In this document: positions 1 through 9,500 of the stretch, piece after piece | How the letters are laid out: every line of letters begins with the position of its first letter | Position numbering within the stretch: position 1 is the first letter of the stretch | Assembly (NCBI GenBank): GCA_041489155.1 | Contig: JBGPQP010000005.1 | Coordinates: 17,812-81,811 of the forward strand | Direction of reading: 5' to 3' | DNA: 64,000 nt | From: Candidatus Aenigmatarchaeota archaeon | Lineage (GTDB): Archaea > Aenigmatarchaeota > Aenigmatarchaeia > QMZP01 > QMZT01 | The notes under the pieces: generated by a model | What the model saw: the letters and a program-made list of their open reading frames with translations, nothing else | Told to the model about the DNA's origin: nothing | The model's database searches: none | Program-made: the position numbers and the translations under genes

Positions 1-136
1 TTATCTGGACCCTTTTCTTTTCGTCAGCGGCCTTGTCGTAGGCTTCCTGCTTTTTTGTCTTTTTGCCCTTGCCTGCCTTTGCCGCTTCCTTTGCTTCCGT
101 CTTCGCTGCCTTTTTGTCCGCCTGCGTCTTGGCCAT
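1..136 (-). CDS. Partial CDS running off the window; Lys/Ala-rich N-terminus (MAKTQADKKAAKTEAKEAAKAGKGKK...)
   Basis: ATG at 136, open to the window edge; TATA-like TTATAAA about 25 nt upstream; not in ORF track because truncated. Confidence 0.6.
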   Translation of the reverse strand, partial: MAKTQADKKAAKTEAKEAAKAGKGKKTKKQEAYDKAADEKKRVQI

Positions 137-154
137 ATGAATAATTGAATGCCA

Positions 155-175
155 GAAATTTATAAGTTTAAAATG
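155..175. promoter_or_regulatory. Divergent archaeal TATA-type promoters
   Basis: TTTATAAGTTTAAAA lies about 25-30 nt from both ATG 136 (-) and ATG 198 (+). Confidence 0.5.
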
Positions 176-197
176 CAGGCGGCTCAAATAATTAATT

Positions 198-2675
198 ATG
201 CAACCCAAACAGGCGGCAGTCGCAGTTTCGAGCTTCTTCGCCTGCTATCTCATATTCTCTCTGTCGTTCGTTTTGGCGTACGAGATCGGGGATTTTTTTA
301 ACGGCGGCAAGGTCAGACTGGCGCTGGAGCCGGTAATGAAGATTGTTGACGACATCAAGCCGCTTACCTGCGCCTCTTCGGGTTCGTTTATTCTGCATGC
401 CTATGTCGAAAACATACCAGAATTCGACATAACGGGCATAGACGCATCGGTTTACGAAGCGTCGAACGATGTCTATTACAACGTGACTTCAGCGGTCTCC
501 TGTGGTCCGAGAACCGGCCTCATAAGCAATCAGGAATTCGCCTGCACGGTCAACGTCAAGGAGTTGCTGACCAAGCTGCCGAAATGCCCGATGGAAATGA
601 TGGAGAACGCTTTCTACCTGACCGCTGAAATCGCTTACGGCAAAAACAAGGAGAAGGTGACCGAGTCGAAAGTCCTGACGCTCATAAGGCAGGGCATAAA
701 GCCGGAGATGGAAATAGACTTCGCTGTTTCCCGTCCAGCCTACCCAGTGCCTGAAATAAACTGCGTGACTGGCAGCGAGATAGACGTGCCAGTGGTTATA
801 CGCAATGCAGAAGCCATGTTCGGCAGCATAGGCTGGTCGTATGTTGCAGGCAACATAACTTCCTCGCAGATAAGCTGCAATAAAATAATGAGCAGGGAGG
901 ACGAGGGAAGGGAGGACATATACCTCTGCATCCTGACTGTCCCCAGCACGCTGTTCCCGAAATGCGAGGACGGCACAGAAGTCACGGTCACTATAGGCGC
1001 GAGAACCAGCGAGCATAACCTCAACAGCAGCTTCACGACCGTTCTTGTTTCCGAAGAGCTCCAGCTCGCCCTGAAAGTTTCCGGCATGAAAAAGGTCGAC
1101 TGCCAGATAATAGATGAGGAAGGCACCTGCGTACCCAAAGAGCCGCAGCGCAACGTCACCGTCACCATCACGGGCAACGCGCCTGAAAGGCTGAAGGTCT
1201 TCGAGAGCAAGTACAAGCTCGGCAGCGAGAAGGAGAGCACGGTTTCCTGCAGGCAGATAAGCACCAACAGATACGAATGCGCGACTTTCGTGACCATCGA
1301 CAAGCTGCCCGTCCCTGCAAGCGTAGACGAGACTACAAATGCCTCAAGGGACCTTAGCGTCACATTCGAGGTCAAGTATCTGAATTACTACAAGAGCATA
1401 ACCTCCTCGACGGATGTTACCATGGAGGGCAAGGCGCTGGACGAGCTGATAAACACGATGAAGACACTAGACGAGGAAAATAAGTTTCTGAAGGCCCTTG
1501 AAAAACTTGTAACGGCGCTCAACAATGCGATAAAAGTTGTAGACTTCGTAAGCAAATGCTGCACGTTCCCAAGCATGATAAACCAGTTGGGGCAAAAGGT
1601 AATAGGCAAGGGTGCGACCAAAAAAACCCTCAGTGAATTCGTAAAGGATTTTGTTGAAAACAAACTGGAAGAAAAACTGCTCAAGTATTTAGGTTACGAT
1701 GTTGCCCTCAAAAAAACATTTGGCACCTATGCAAAGAAGATTTTCGAGTATTTTGCCAAGGATTTCCTGAAGAAGCTCGTTCTGGACACCATTAAACAGA
1801 TAGGCGTCGATAGCATCTGGTGCATAGCTTTGGGCGGGTCAAAGGTAATTGAAGAGCAGCAAAAGAATCTTGACAAGTTCGAGAAAGGCGAAATAAATTC
1901 AATGAATGTGCCGCAGAATTTCGGAGACTACGTGTGGGAGATGATTAAGGCCAACGCGCCGAATTGTTTTAAACAGTCCTTCTGGAACCAGTTCAAAGAC
2001 ACCACCAAGTTACTTGCATACCTTTGCATACTCGTGGGCGCTATTGTCACGTACTTCATTCCCGTTGCCATGAGTCTGATATGCAACTACTTGTCAACTG
2101 GCGCAGGAGTAATCAGCCTCGTGCTAAACGTAGCAGTGATGCTCATCTCGGTGATGACCGCATGGGATGCCTACCAACGCGTGCACAAGGCAGTCGCCCT
2201 CGCGACGGAGAGAATAAACCTGCAGACCAAGGCCAGCAACATCATGCAGGAATACGCAACTGACCTCCAGAACACCATGCAGAACTTGCTCATGAGCCAG
2301 GCGGCTGCGGCGATATTCACCGAGGCTTTCAATCCCCCGATGGAAACAACAAAACTCATATTTTATTCAGACAGGACTGGCGTCTTGGGGCAGGGCGATG
2401 ACATCTGCACCGGGGATGAGATAACCATAGAGTACAATTTCGACAAGCTCAACCAGACGAGCGGCTTCACTTCGCAGTTGGCCATGACCAATTCGCATTC
2501 GAAGACCCTGCGCTTCGACGCCCTTAACGGCACGTACGGGCCATACCAGACGGACAAGCTGCTCGGCACTGATCCCGCGAACGACCCTTCCGAGGATTAC
2601 ACCTTCACCCTCTCCTACGGGAGCAGGAGGCTGGATTACAAGCTGCATTATGTTAATCATGAATGCGTCACGTAA
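198..2675 (+). CDS. Exported/membrane protein, 825 aa: Cys-paired beta-rich domains plus helical/hydrophobic C-terminal region; paralog of the C-terminal half of the giant protein
   Basis: Hydrophobic N-terminal signal; paired Cys; colinear motifs shared with 6573..13562 (INC, WSY, CQI..D.G.C, KYL, NFGDY). Confidence 0.8.
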   Translation: MQPKQAAVAVSSFFACYLIFSLSFVLAYEIGDFFNGGKVRLALEPVMKIVDDIKPLTCASSGSFILHAYVENIPEFDITGIDASVYEASNDVYYNVTSAVSCGPRTGLISNQEFACTVNVKELLTKLPKCPMEMMENAFYLTAEIAYGKNKEKVTESKVLTLIRQGIKPEMEIDFAVSRPAYPVPEINCVTGSEIDVPVVIRNAEAMFGSIGWSYVAGNITSSQISCNKIMSREDEGREDIYLCILTVPSTLFPKCEDGTEVTVTIGARTSEHNLNSSFTTVLVSEELQLALKVSGMKKVDCQIIDEEGTCVPKEPQRNVTVTITGNAPERLKVFESKYKLGSEKESTVSCRQISTNRYECATFVTIDKLPVPASVDETTNASRDLSVTFEVKYLNYYKSITSSTDVTMEGKALDELINTMKTLDEENKFLKALEKLVTALNNAIKVVDFVSKCCTFPSMINQLGQKVIGKGATKKTLSEFVKDFVENKLEEKLLKYLGYDVALKKTFGTYAKKIFEYFAKDFLKKLVLDTIKQIGVDSIWCIALGGSKVIEEQQKNLDKFEKGEINSMNVPQNFGDYVWEMIKANAPNCFKQSFWNQFKDTTKLLAYLCILVGAIVTYFIPVAMSLICNYLSTGAGVISLVLNVAVMLISVMTAWDAYQRVHKAVALATERINLQTKASNIMQEYATDLQNTMQNLLMSQAAAAIFTEAFNPPMETTKLIFYSDRTGVLGQGDDICTGDEITIEYNFDKLNQTSGFTSQLAMTNSHSKTLRFDALNGTYGPYQTDKLLGTDPANDPSEDYTFTLSYGSRRLDYKLHYVNHECVT

Positions 2676-2686
2676 ACGATGATAGA

Positions 2687-4597
2687 ATGAAATTGAATAT
2701 CCGAAAGAAAGGGCAGGTGGAATTTGTCGTAATTGCAGCCCTGATAATCATAGCCATCGCTGTCATGATCCTTGCCTCGAGGCAGTTTGTCATCAATCCG
2801 CCTGTCACGACCGGCATACCTGACGAGGCGAAGACGATAAAAGACGCCGTAATGAATCTCATAAAGGCAGGCACCAATGACAGGCTGGCACTGATATACA
2901 ATCAGGGCGGCACCTTCAGACCAGGTTACTCCGTCAAATTCGGCATGTTCGACACGGAGGTGTGGCTGGCATGCGGCAACCAGAAAATCCCTGACGTCTC
3001 GCAGGAGATCGGCGCTGCCATACTCGATTACCTCAGGGAAAACCTGCAAGACGAGATGAATTTCTACGGTAAAAACACGCAGTTCGATTTCAGCAAATCA
3101 AGATACGAAGTGGAGATTTTCAAGGACAAGATAAGCATCCGCATATATCTGCCGACGCTGGTTGAAGCGTATGAAATGCCGCAACCATATGAAGTCATTG
3201 TCGACAGCAAACTTTATGATGTGCTCGAGCTTTCGAAAAACCTTGTAAAAGACGCGAGCGAAACCAGCTTCTTCGAGATGGTAACCCTGGCGACCATGAT
3301 TAATACCAATCCCGAAAATAAAACTTGGACGCCGCTCGCGGGCGCAAGGGCAGGTTGCGGCAACTACCTTTTCAGAACAAGGACACAGCTGCTGTCCGGC
3401 ATAAAGGAGGTTGCCAGATACACGGCTTCTCATATCGTCTGGAACAACAGGGGTCTAAGGCTCGCAGAAAACCCGTTCTATCCGCTGACCGGAGTGGGCG
3501 GCAAAGATTATTCCGACATGGATGTTATGTTTTCCTATCCCACTTCATGGGACTCAGAAATGGACAAATATTTCACTTTTTCACCGGATCCGCTGCGCGT
3601 CATACCAAAACCGCCCATACCCCTCGTACCCTTCTGCATGAGTTCCTATGCCGTGAGTTACAACCTGCGTTATCCGATAATCGTCATGGTGCATGACTCG
3701 ATCCTCAATCAATGGCTCAAATTCGGGGTCATGGTCAACATAGAAGACACCGCTCCTGGAAACTGCTCCGTGCAGATGGGCAATGCGTCGCAGTACGCAA
3801 AGCTTTGCATAAGCAACGCCAAATGCGATGCGGAAATAAAGGTCAAGAACACCACAGGAGACCTGATGCAGGGCGTTGACGTCGGCTTCTACATATGCGA
3901 CCTAGGCACCACGAACGAAAAAGGCGTGGTTGAAGGCAAAATTCCGTGCATGATAAGCGAGTTGAGCGCCTTCAAACCCGGTTACAAGAGCTATGGCGAT
4001 TTGGTATCCTCGGATGATTTGAAGGACAAGACTGTGAAGATGACAAGGGTCGCCGAGAACATATCGATATATATGAAAGGCCTTAAAACATACGCCTCAG
4101 GCGACGGTTTGGACGGCACTGACGATGACGGCAAATACGCTAACTATGCCGTTGTTGACAAGGCCAAAGACATAGCTGACCTAGGTTATGATGAATTCGA
4201 CCTGAACCTGACAACCACCATCGCCTTCTCGCCGGCCGACCCGAACTATTTTACAGGTGAGGACACGCCGCTTGTTATACTGAACTATGACAACAACTGG
4301 AATGCGGTGTCAGCGGTGAATGTTTCCGGTCTGCTGCCGATAGGATATAACATATTAGTTGCTGTAAACACGGAAGACGGTGACGACAGCCTGCCGGTTG
4401 GCTTCCTCAATACATCATACACGCTACAGGAAGGCCAGACATCGCTTTACTTTTACATACCAGTCGTGGTCAAGGGGGACGGCCTTTTTGATCTGGATGC
4501 ACCCGGCATCGACGCCAGCGAGGCCGACCAGCTGACAAACCTTGCCATAAGCACCTGCGGCGCGGCAATCAGCAAGGACGAAATCACAACTTGCTGA
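2687..4597 (+). CDS. Large class III signal-peptide (type IV pilin-like) protein, ~636 aa
   Basis: RKKG/QVEFVVIAALIIIAIAV N-terminus; start adjusted to ATG 2687. Confidence 0.8.
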   Translation: MKLNIRKKGQVEFVVIAALIIIAIAVMILASRQFVINPPVTTGIPDEAKTIKDAVMNLIKAGTNDRLALIYNQGGTFRPGYSVKFGMFDTEVWLACGNQKIPDVSQEIGAAILDYLRENLQDEMNFYGKNTQFDFSKSRYEVEIFKDKISIRIYLPTLVEAYEMPQPYEVIVDSKLYDVLELSKNLVKDASETSFFEMVTLATMINTNPENKTWTPLAGARAGCGNYLFRTRTQLLSGIKEVARYTASHIVWNNRGLRLAENPFYPLTGVGGKDYSDMDVMFSYPTSWDSEMDKYFTFSPDPLRVIPKPPIPLVPFCMSSYAVSYNLRYPIIVMVHDSILNQWLKFGVMVNIEDTAPGNCSVQMGNASQYAKLCISNAKCDAEIKVKNTTGDLMQGVDVGFYICDLGTTNEKGVVEGKIPCMISELSAFKPGYKSYGDLVSSDDLKDKTVKMTRVAENISIYMKGLKTYASGDGLDGTDDDGKYANYAVVDKAKDIADLGYDEFDLNLTTTIAFSPADPNYFTGEDTPLVILNYDNNWNAVSAVNVSGLLPIGYNILVAVNTEDGDDSLPVGFLNTSYTLQEGQTSLYFYIPVVVKGDGLFDLDAPGIDASEADQLTNLAISTCGAAISKDEITTC

Positions 4598-4659
4598 TTT
4601 TGCTCATTTTTAGACATATTGAAACGCCAAAAAGACATGCCTGCGCCTGTGTGGTACAT

Positions 4660-4673
4660 GAAAAGGTTATAAG
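4660..4673 (+). promoter_or_regulatory. BRE-TATA promoter for the second pilin-like paralog and probably the giant gene
   Basis: GAAAAGG-TTATAA 24-29 nt upstream of ATG 4696. Confidence 0.5.
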
Positions 4674-4695
4674 TGATACTATGAAATATTATTAT

Positions 4696-6570
4696 ATGTA
4701 TTCCCGCAGGAAGGGACAGGTGGAATTCATAGTCGTCGCTGCCCTGATTGTCATCGGCATAGCCGTCGTCATTCTCGCCTCAAGGCAGGCCATTATCACC
4801 CCTCCTGTTGTGACAGGTGTAACCGAGGAAGCCAAGACCGTGAGGGATTCTGTAAGCAATCTGATAAGGGCGGGCGTGAAAGAAAACCTGCAGATATTGT
4901 ATAACCAGGGAGGCCTGCTTGATGTCGGGCCTTCGATAAGGTTCGGCATGTTTGAGACGTCTATCTGGTCTTTCTGCGGCGAAACAGACATACCTGATGT
5001 TTCCAGCGAACTTAACAACGGCCTTCTCGCCTATCTCAACCAGAACCTTCAGGACAATCTCGACAGCAACGATGAGATGGAATTCTCTGGCGTAAAGGCC
5101 AAGTTCGATTTCAGCGAAGTGAGCTCCAAAGTTGAGATAATAAAGGACAGAATCGTGGTCAGGGTCAACCTTCCGACGGAAATTGGCACATACCAGGTTC
5201 AGCAGCCATACGAGGTTTCGGTGAACTCGAAACTCTATGATATCCTGGATTTCTCAAATAATTTCGTAAGCGAAGTGGGCAAGGACAAGTATTTCGAACT
5301 CTGCACGATACAAAACATGCAGCATTCAGATGCGCCGATGATGGGCGTGATTTCCGACTGCGGCAAAATCGTGCACATGACAAGGGCGCAGACCCTGCCC
5401 GTCGCTAAGGGTGTCGCGAATTATGTCATTTCTCACACCGTGTGGAACAAGCAGCCTGTGTATATGGAAAGAAATCCGCCCTGTCCGCCGATCAACAGCG
5501 TTGGCGACAAGATATATCCCGGCCTGGAGGTCGCCTTTGCCTACCCGCCGTCATGGGATTCCGAGATGGACAGGTACTTCAACATGTATCCTGACCCGGC
5601 GATATTCGTCCCGCAGCCCATAGGCTCGCTCATACCCGTCTGCATGACTCCTTACAGCATTTTCTACTCCTTCCGCTATCCTGTCATTGTTATGGTCGAG
5701 GACTCGACGCTCGACCAGTGGTTCAAGCTTGCCATGATGATCGAGATAGAGAACAACGAGCCGGGCTCATGCTTCGGCTATCTGCAGGAGGAATCAGAGT
5801 ACAACAACAGATGCAAAGAAGATGTAACCTGCGATGCCACCATAAGGGTAAAGGATTCCGAAGGTAAACCTGTGGAAGGCGTCGATGTGTTGTTTTCAAT
5901 ATGCAACATAGGCACTACAGACAGCGAAGGAAAAGTCGAGAGCAAAATACCCTGCATAATCAGCAACCTGAGGGTATACAAGGAAGGCTACAGGAGCTAC
6001 GGGGAAAGCATGCTGTCCTTCGGAGACATGGTAGACAAGAACATAACGCTGCAGAAAACCGCAGGCTCGGTGACAATCCATCTGAAGGGCCTCAGGACCA
6101 TGGCCTATGGCAGCGAGGGCGGAGGCAAATTCAGCAGTTACCAAGTCACTGAAAGCGCGAAGGATATCAGCGAGCTTAACGACAAGCTTCTGGTGCTCGT
6201 CTCTTTCACGCCGGCGCAGCCTGACCAGATGTCAAACATGGATCTCGAAATATACGCTACAAACCTCGAGGAAGAAACATACACTGATACGATAGCTTCC
6301 GAAGGCCTCCAGCCCATAAAATACAATGTCAGCGTGAGCGCCGAGGACTTCAGCAATGAAACCTCGACTTCGGTTGTAAGCCTGCTGAGCACCTCATTCG
6401 AGCTGAAGGAAGGGGAGAAGGACATTTATATTTATCTGCCGGTCGTGCTCAAGACGGAGACGGGTGATATAGAAGCTCCTGGCATAGACGTCTCGGAAAC
6501 AGGCCAGCTGACTGATGTTGCTGTAAGCCGCTGCGGCTCGGCGGTAAGCGCTACAGAAAGGTCGTGTTGA
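4696..6570 (+). CDS. Large class III signal-peptide (type IV pilin-like) protein, ~624 aa; tandem paralog of 2687..4597
   Basis: RRKG/QVEFIVVAALIVIGIAV; full-length similarity to the upstream gene (YNQGG, FGMF, SWDSEMD, KIPC, APGID); start adjusted to ATG 4696. Confidence 0.8.
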   Translation: MYSRRKGQVEFIVVAALIVIGIAVVILASRQAIITPPVVTGVTEEAKTVRDSVSNLIRAGVKENLQILYNQGGLLDVGPSIRFGMFETSIWSFCGETDIPDVSSELNNGLLAYLNQNLQDNLDSNDEMEFSGVKAKFDFSEVSSKVEIIKDRIVVRVNLPTEIGTYQVQQPYEVSVNSKLYDILDFSNNFVSEVGKDKYFELCTIQNMQHSDAPMMGVISDCGKIVHMTRAQTLPVAKGVANYVISHTVWNKQPVYMERNPPCPPINSVGDKIYPGLEVAFAYPPSWDSEMDRYFNMYPDPAIFVPQPIGSLIPVCMTPYSIFYSFRYPVIVMVEDSTLDQWFKLAMMIEIENNEPGSCFGYLQEESEYNNRCKEDVTCDATIRVKDSEGKPVEGVDVLFSICNIGTTDSEGKVESKIPCIISNLRVYKEGYRSYGESMLSFGDMVDKNITLQKTAGSVTIHLKGLRTMAYGSEGGGKFSSYQVTESAKDISELNDKLLVLVSFTPAQPDQMSNMDLEIYATNLEEETYTDTIASEGLQPIKYNVSVSAEDFSNETSTSVVSLLSTSFELKEGEKDIYIYLPVVLKTETGDIEAPGIDVSETGQLTDVAVSRCGSAVSATERSC

Positions 6571-6572
6571 AT

Positions 6573-9500
6573 ATGAGAATAAAGAATTGGCAGTTATTGG
6601 CGCTCCAGATTATAGCTGTATTTTGTTCTTATCTTATATGGAGTACCACGGGCGCCACAGCGCTCGAGATAAGGATATTCACTTCCGGCGGGCAGCAGTC
6701 GACGACGACCATACCGAAGTTCTCCGACATGATACAGAAGGAGCTGTCCTACCCGTACCAGCAGAACTACCAGTATTTGGAGATGAAGCTCTCGAGCAAG
6801 AGTGCCTCTTATGTCATAAAGAAGATTTATCTCTTCAGATGCAAGGACCTGGACCCGGTCAGCTGCATAGAGAAAGGAGTTAATCCTGTCATATCTGTCA
6901 ATCCGGGCAGCTCGAGTCTGGTTTTCGACGAGACCTACAAATGGGACGACGTCAGCTCGAACAACGTGGGCAACTTCCTGGCCATGGTGAAGCTCGACAT
7001 CGCAGGCAAGGAAGTATGGACGAGCAGCTGGGACAAGGTAACGAAGACAGGCATAAGGAATTTCTACAATGAAAACAACGACGTCGACAGGCTTGACCTT
7101 TATATCAAGGGTGCTTCAGCGGATGTCGCGACGAGCTATATTGAGAACTATTATGCCATTCCCTCCGACCAGATGAGCCGCTCCATTTTCGAGAGCGTCG
7201 GAGGCTCGGGCGTGACGAAGCTTTACGATCTTTCCGGCAACAAAGACAGGCTTGACCCATCCGGCACGGGGATCCCTTCCCTGAAATTCAGCAGTATGTC
7301 CGGCAATATTTTCAACAAGAGCACGGACACGTGGGACTTCATAATCGCTGCTGATGGCAAGGCCGGCAACCCTGTCGTTTTCTACTCGACTGAGGCCGGT
7401 CCTCCTATCACGGGCGGCGCTAAGCTTGTCATTGATGACTGGTCGCCGCAGATAGTCACGTGCTACAGCGGCGAGGTAATCAAAGCGACCATGCATGCGG
7501 AGAACGCCAGTAGCATCGGCTACTTCCAGTCTTATTATTACACTATTGATGGCGTGAAGGCTAACGAGGGCACGATGACCTGTTCGCTCGTGAGCCCGAA
7601 TGCCAGCATCTATTCCTATCAGTGCTCGATCCCCGTCGAAACCTTCCCGGCGTGCACTGCCCCGGGCACATCGACGATAAAGGTATTTTTCAATTACCAG
7701 GGAGGCGTCCAGCTCTCCGGCAGTTTTCCCGTCACGCTTAAAGCGCCGAGTCCATCGATAAGCGTGACTTCTCTTTCCCCAACGCCATTCGACTGCGGCA
7801 TAGACAACGAGATAACGGCGAAACTGCAGGTTTCAAACCCCGGAGAAGGCGCACCAGAGATGGAGTACACTTTTGACGGAGAAAATTTCAACACCCTGAC
7901 CTGCACGGGCTCCGGCGGCAGCTACACCTGCACCGTTCCCGAGAGCAGGATATGCGAGCTTGTCCAGGAGAGCCTTTCGCTCGTGTTCAAATTCACTTAC
8001 GGCGAAACGGAGGTGCTTTCCCTGCCTTCCACGATACTTGTCACCTTCCCGCCTCCCAGTGTGGGCATTGACACGGTAACGCCGCAGGCGATCGACGCGG
8101 ACAAGACCACTGCCGTGAGCGTCCTGCTGCACGTGAATTACCCTGACTTCATCACGTACAACGAAAACAATTTCAACTACAAATATCTTGACAAGCCTTT
8201 CGCGCCCGCCACGTGCACGCTCGAGACTTCCTATTCCAACATAAAGTATTACCGCTGCAATGTCGCTCTTGCAATTCCCAGCGGCAGACAGGGTGTCGAA
8301 ACTCTTGCGTTCAGGCTGGACGGCTTCGCTGAAGGCAAGCCCAAGCAATTGACAGCCAATGCCTTCTACGAAATCATGCAGCCCCCGCCCGAGCCGAGGT
8401 TCACGATAATCTCCACGTCCTCGCCGGTCGACTGCACTGCCGACAATTTCCTGACGGTAAATATCAAGGCAGAGAACGTCGACATGACTACGCTGCACGA
8501 AAAGGTGGAGTACACCACGAACAGTTCCGGCTATTACTATGCGCCGTGCACCGCCAGCGCAAATATCATGACATGCTCGTTGCCTGCAAAGGACTTGTGC
8601 GACCAGATGCAAAACGTTCTTGGGATACAGTTCAGGCATATGGTCGTAACCGCAGACAAGAACAAGACCTATTACAGCAATTCCCAGAAGGTATATTTCA
8701 ATTTGCCAGAGCCGCACATGCAGGTTTACGCGGTGAGTCCGGATTCGTTGCCGGCGGGGGCGAAGACCGCTGCGACGGTCAGCCTTTACCTGCAGTATCC
8801 TAACATGGTCGGTAGCAGCCCGGCATTCCTGTACACTTATTTAGGCAAAATCAACCAGAAGATGACGTGCACGAAAGTCTCCTCGACCGCCAACCGCGAC
8901 TTCTACGACTGCGCGAACACGAACTTCGAGATTCCTGCCGACTACTCGGAAAGCGATGTGCCGGTTGTCTTCTCGGTGCAGGGCACGACCATCTCCTTCC
9001 CGTTCACTATACCCGTGGTAGCGCTGAGCAAGATAAATCCCTGGCTAGAAATCGTTGCCTCGACCCCGTCCCGCATAGAAGTCGTCCAGGGCAACGAGAC
9101 TTCAGCTTCATTCTACGTGACGATACACAATGCCGCCGAAAGCGAGCTTAAGCATCAGGCAACAGTCATAACGAACAGCATGATAGCCAGCGGCACCTGC
9201 AAGGAGGCGGACGTGGTGTATGACTTCAACTGCGATGTCAAGATAAAGGCATCCAAGACGACGAATGTCGGCGCTAATACAGCCAACCTCACCCTGAGGG
9301 TGGAGGGCAAGAAGACATATGATGTGACGAACTCGACCACTGTTTACGTCCTCGGCGAGCAGGCGAGAGTCGACATACAAAGCGCCTCGCCGGAGACGCT
9401 TTACTGCGAGGGCAACAAGCAGCAGAACCCGGACGCCGTCAAGATCACAGCCAACGCGAAGAACGTCGCGAGTTTCACGGTCCTTGAGGAGCAGATAAGC

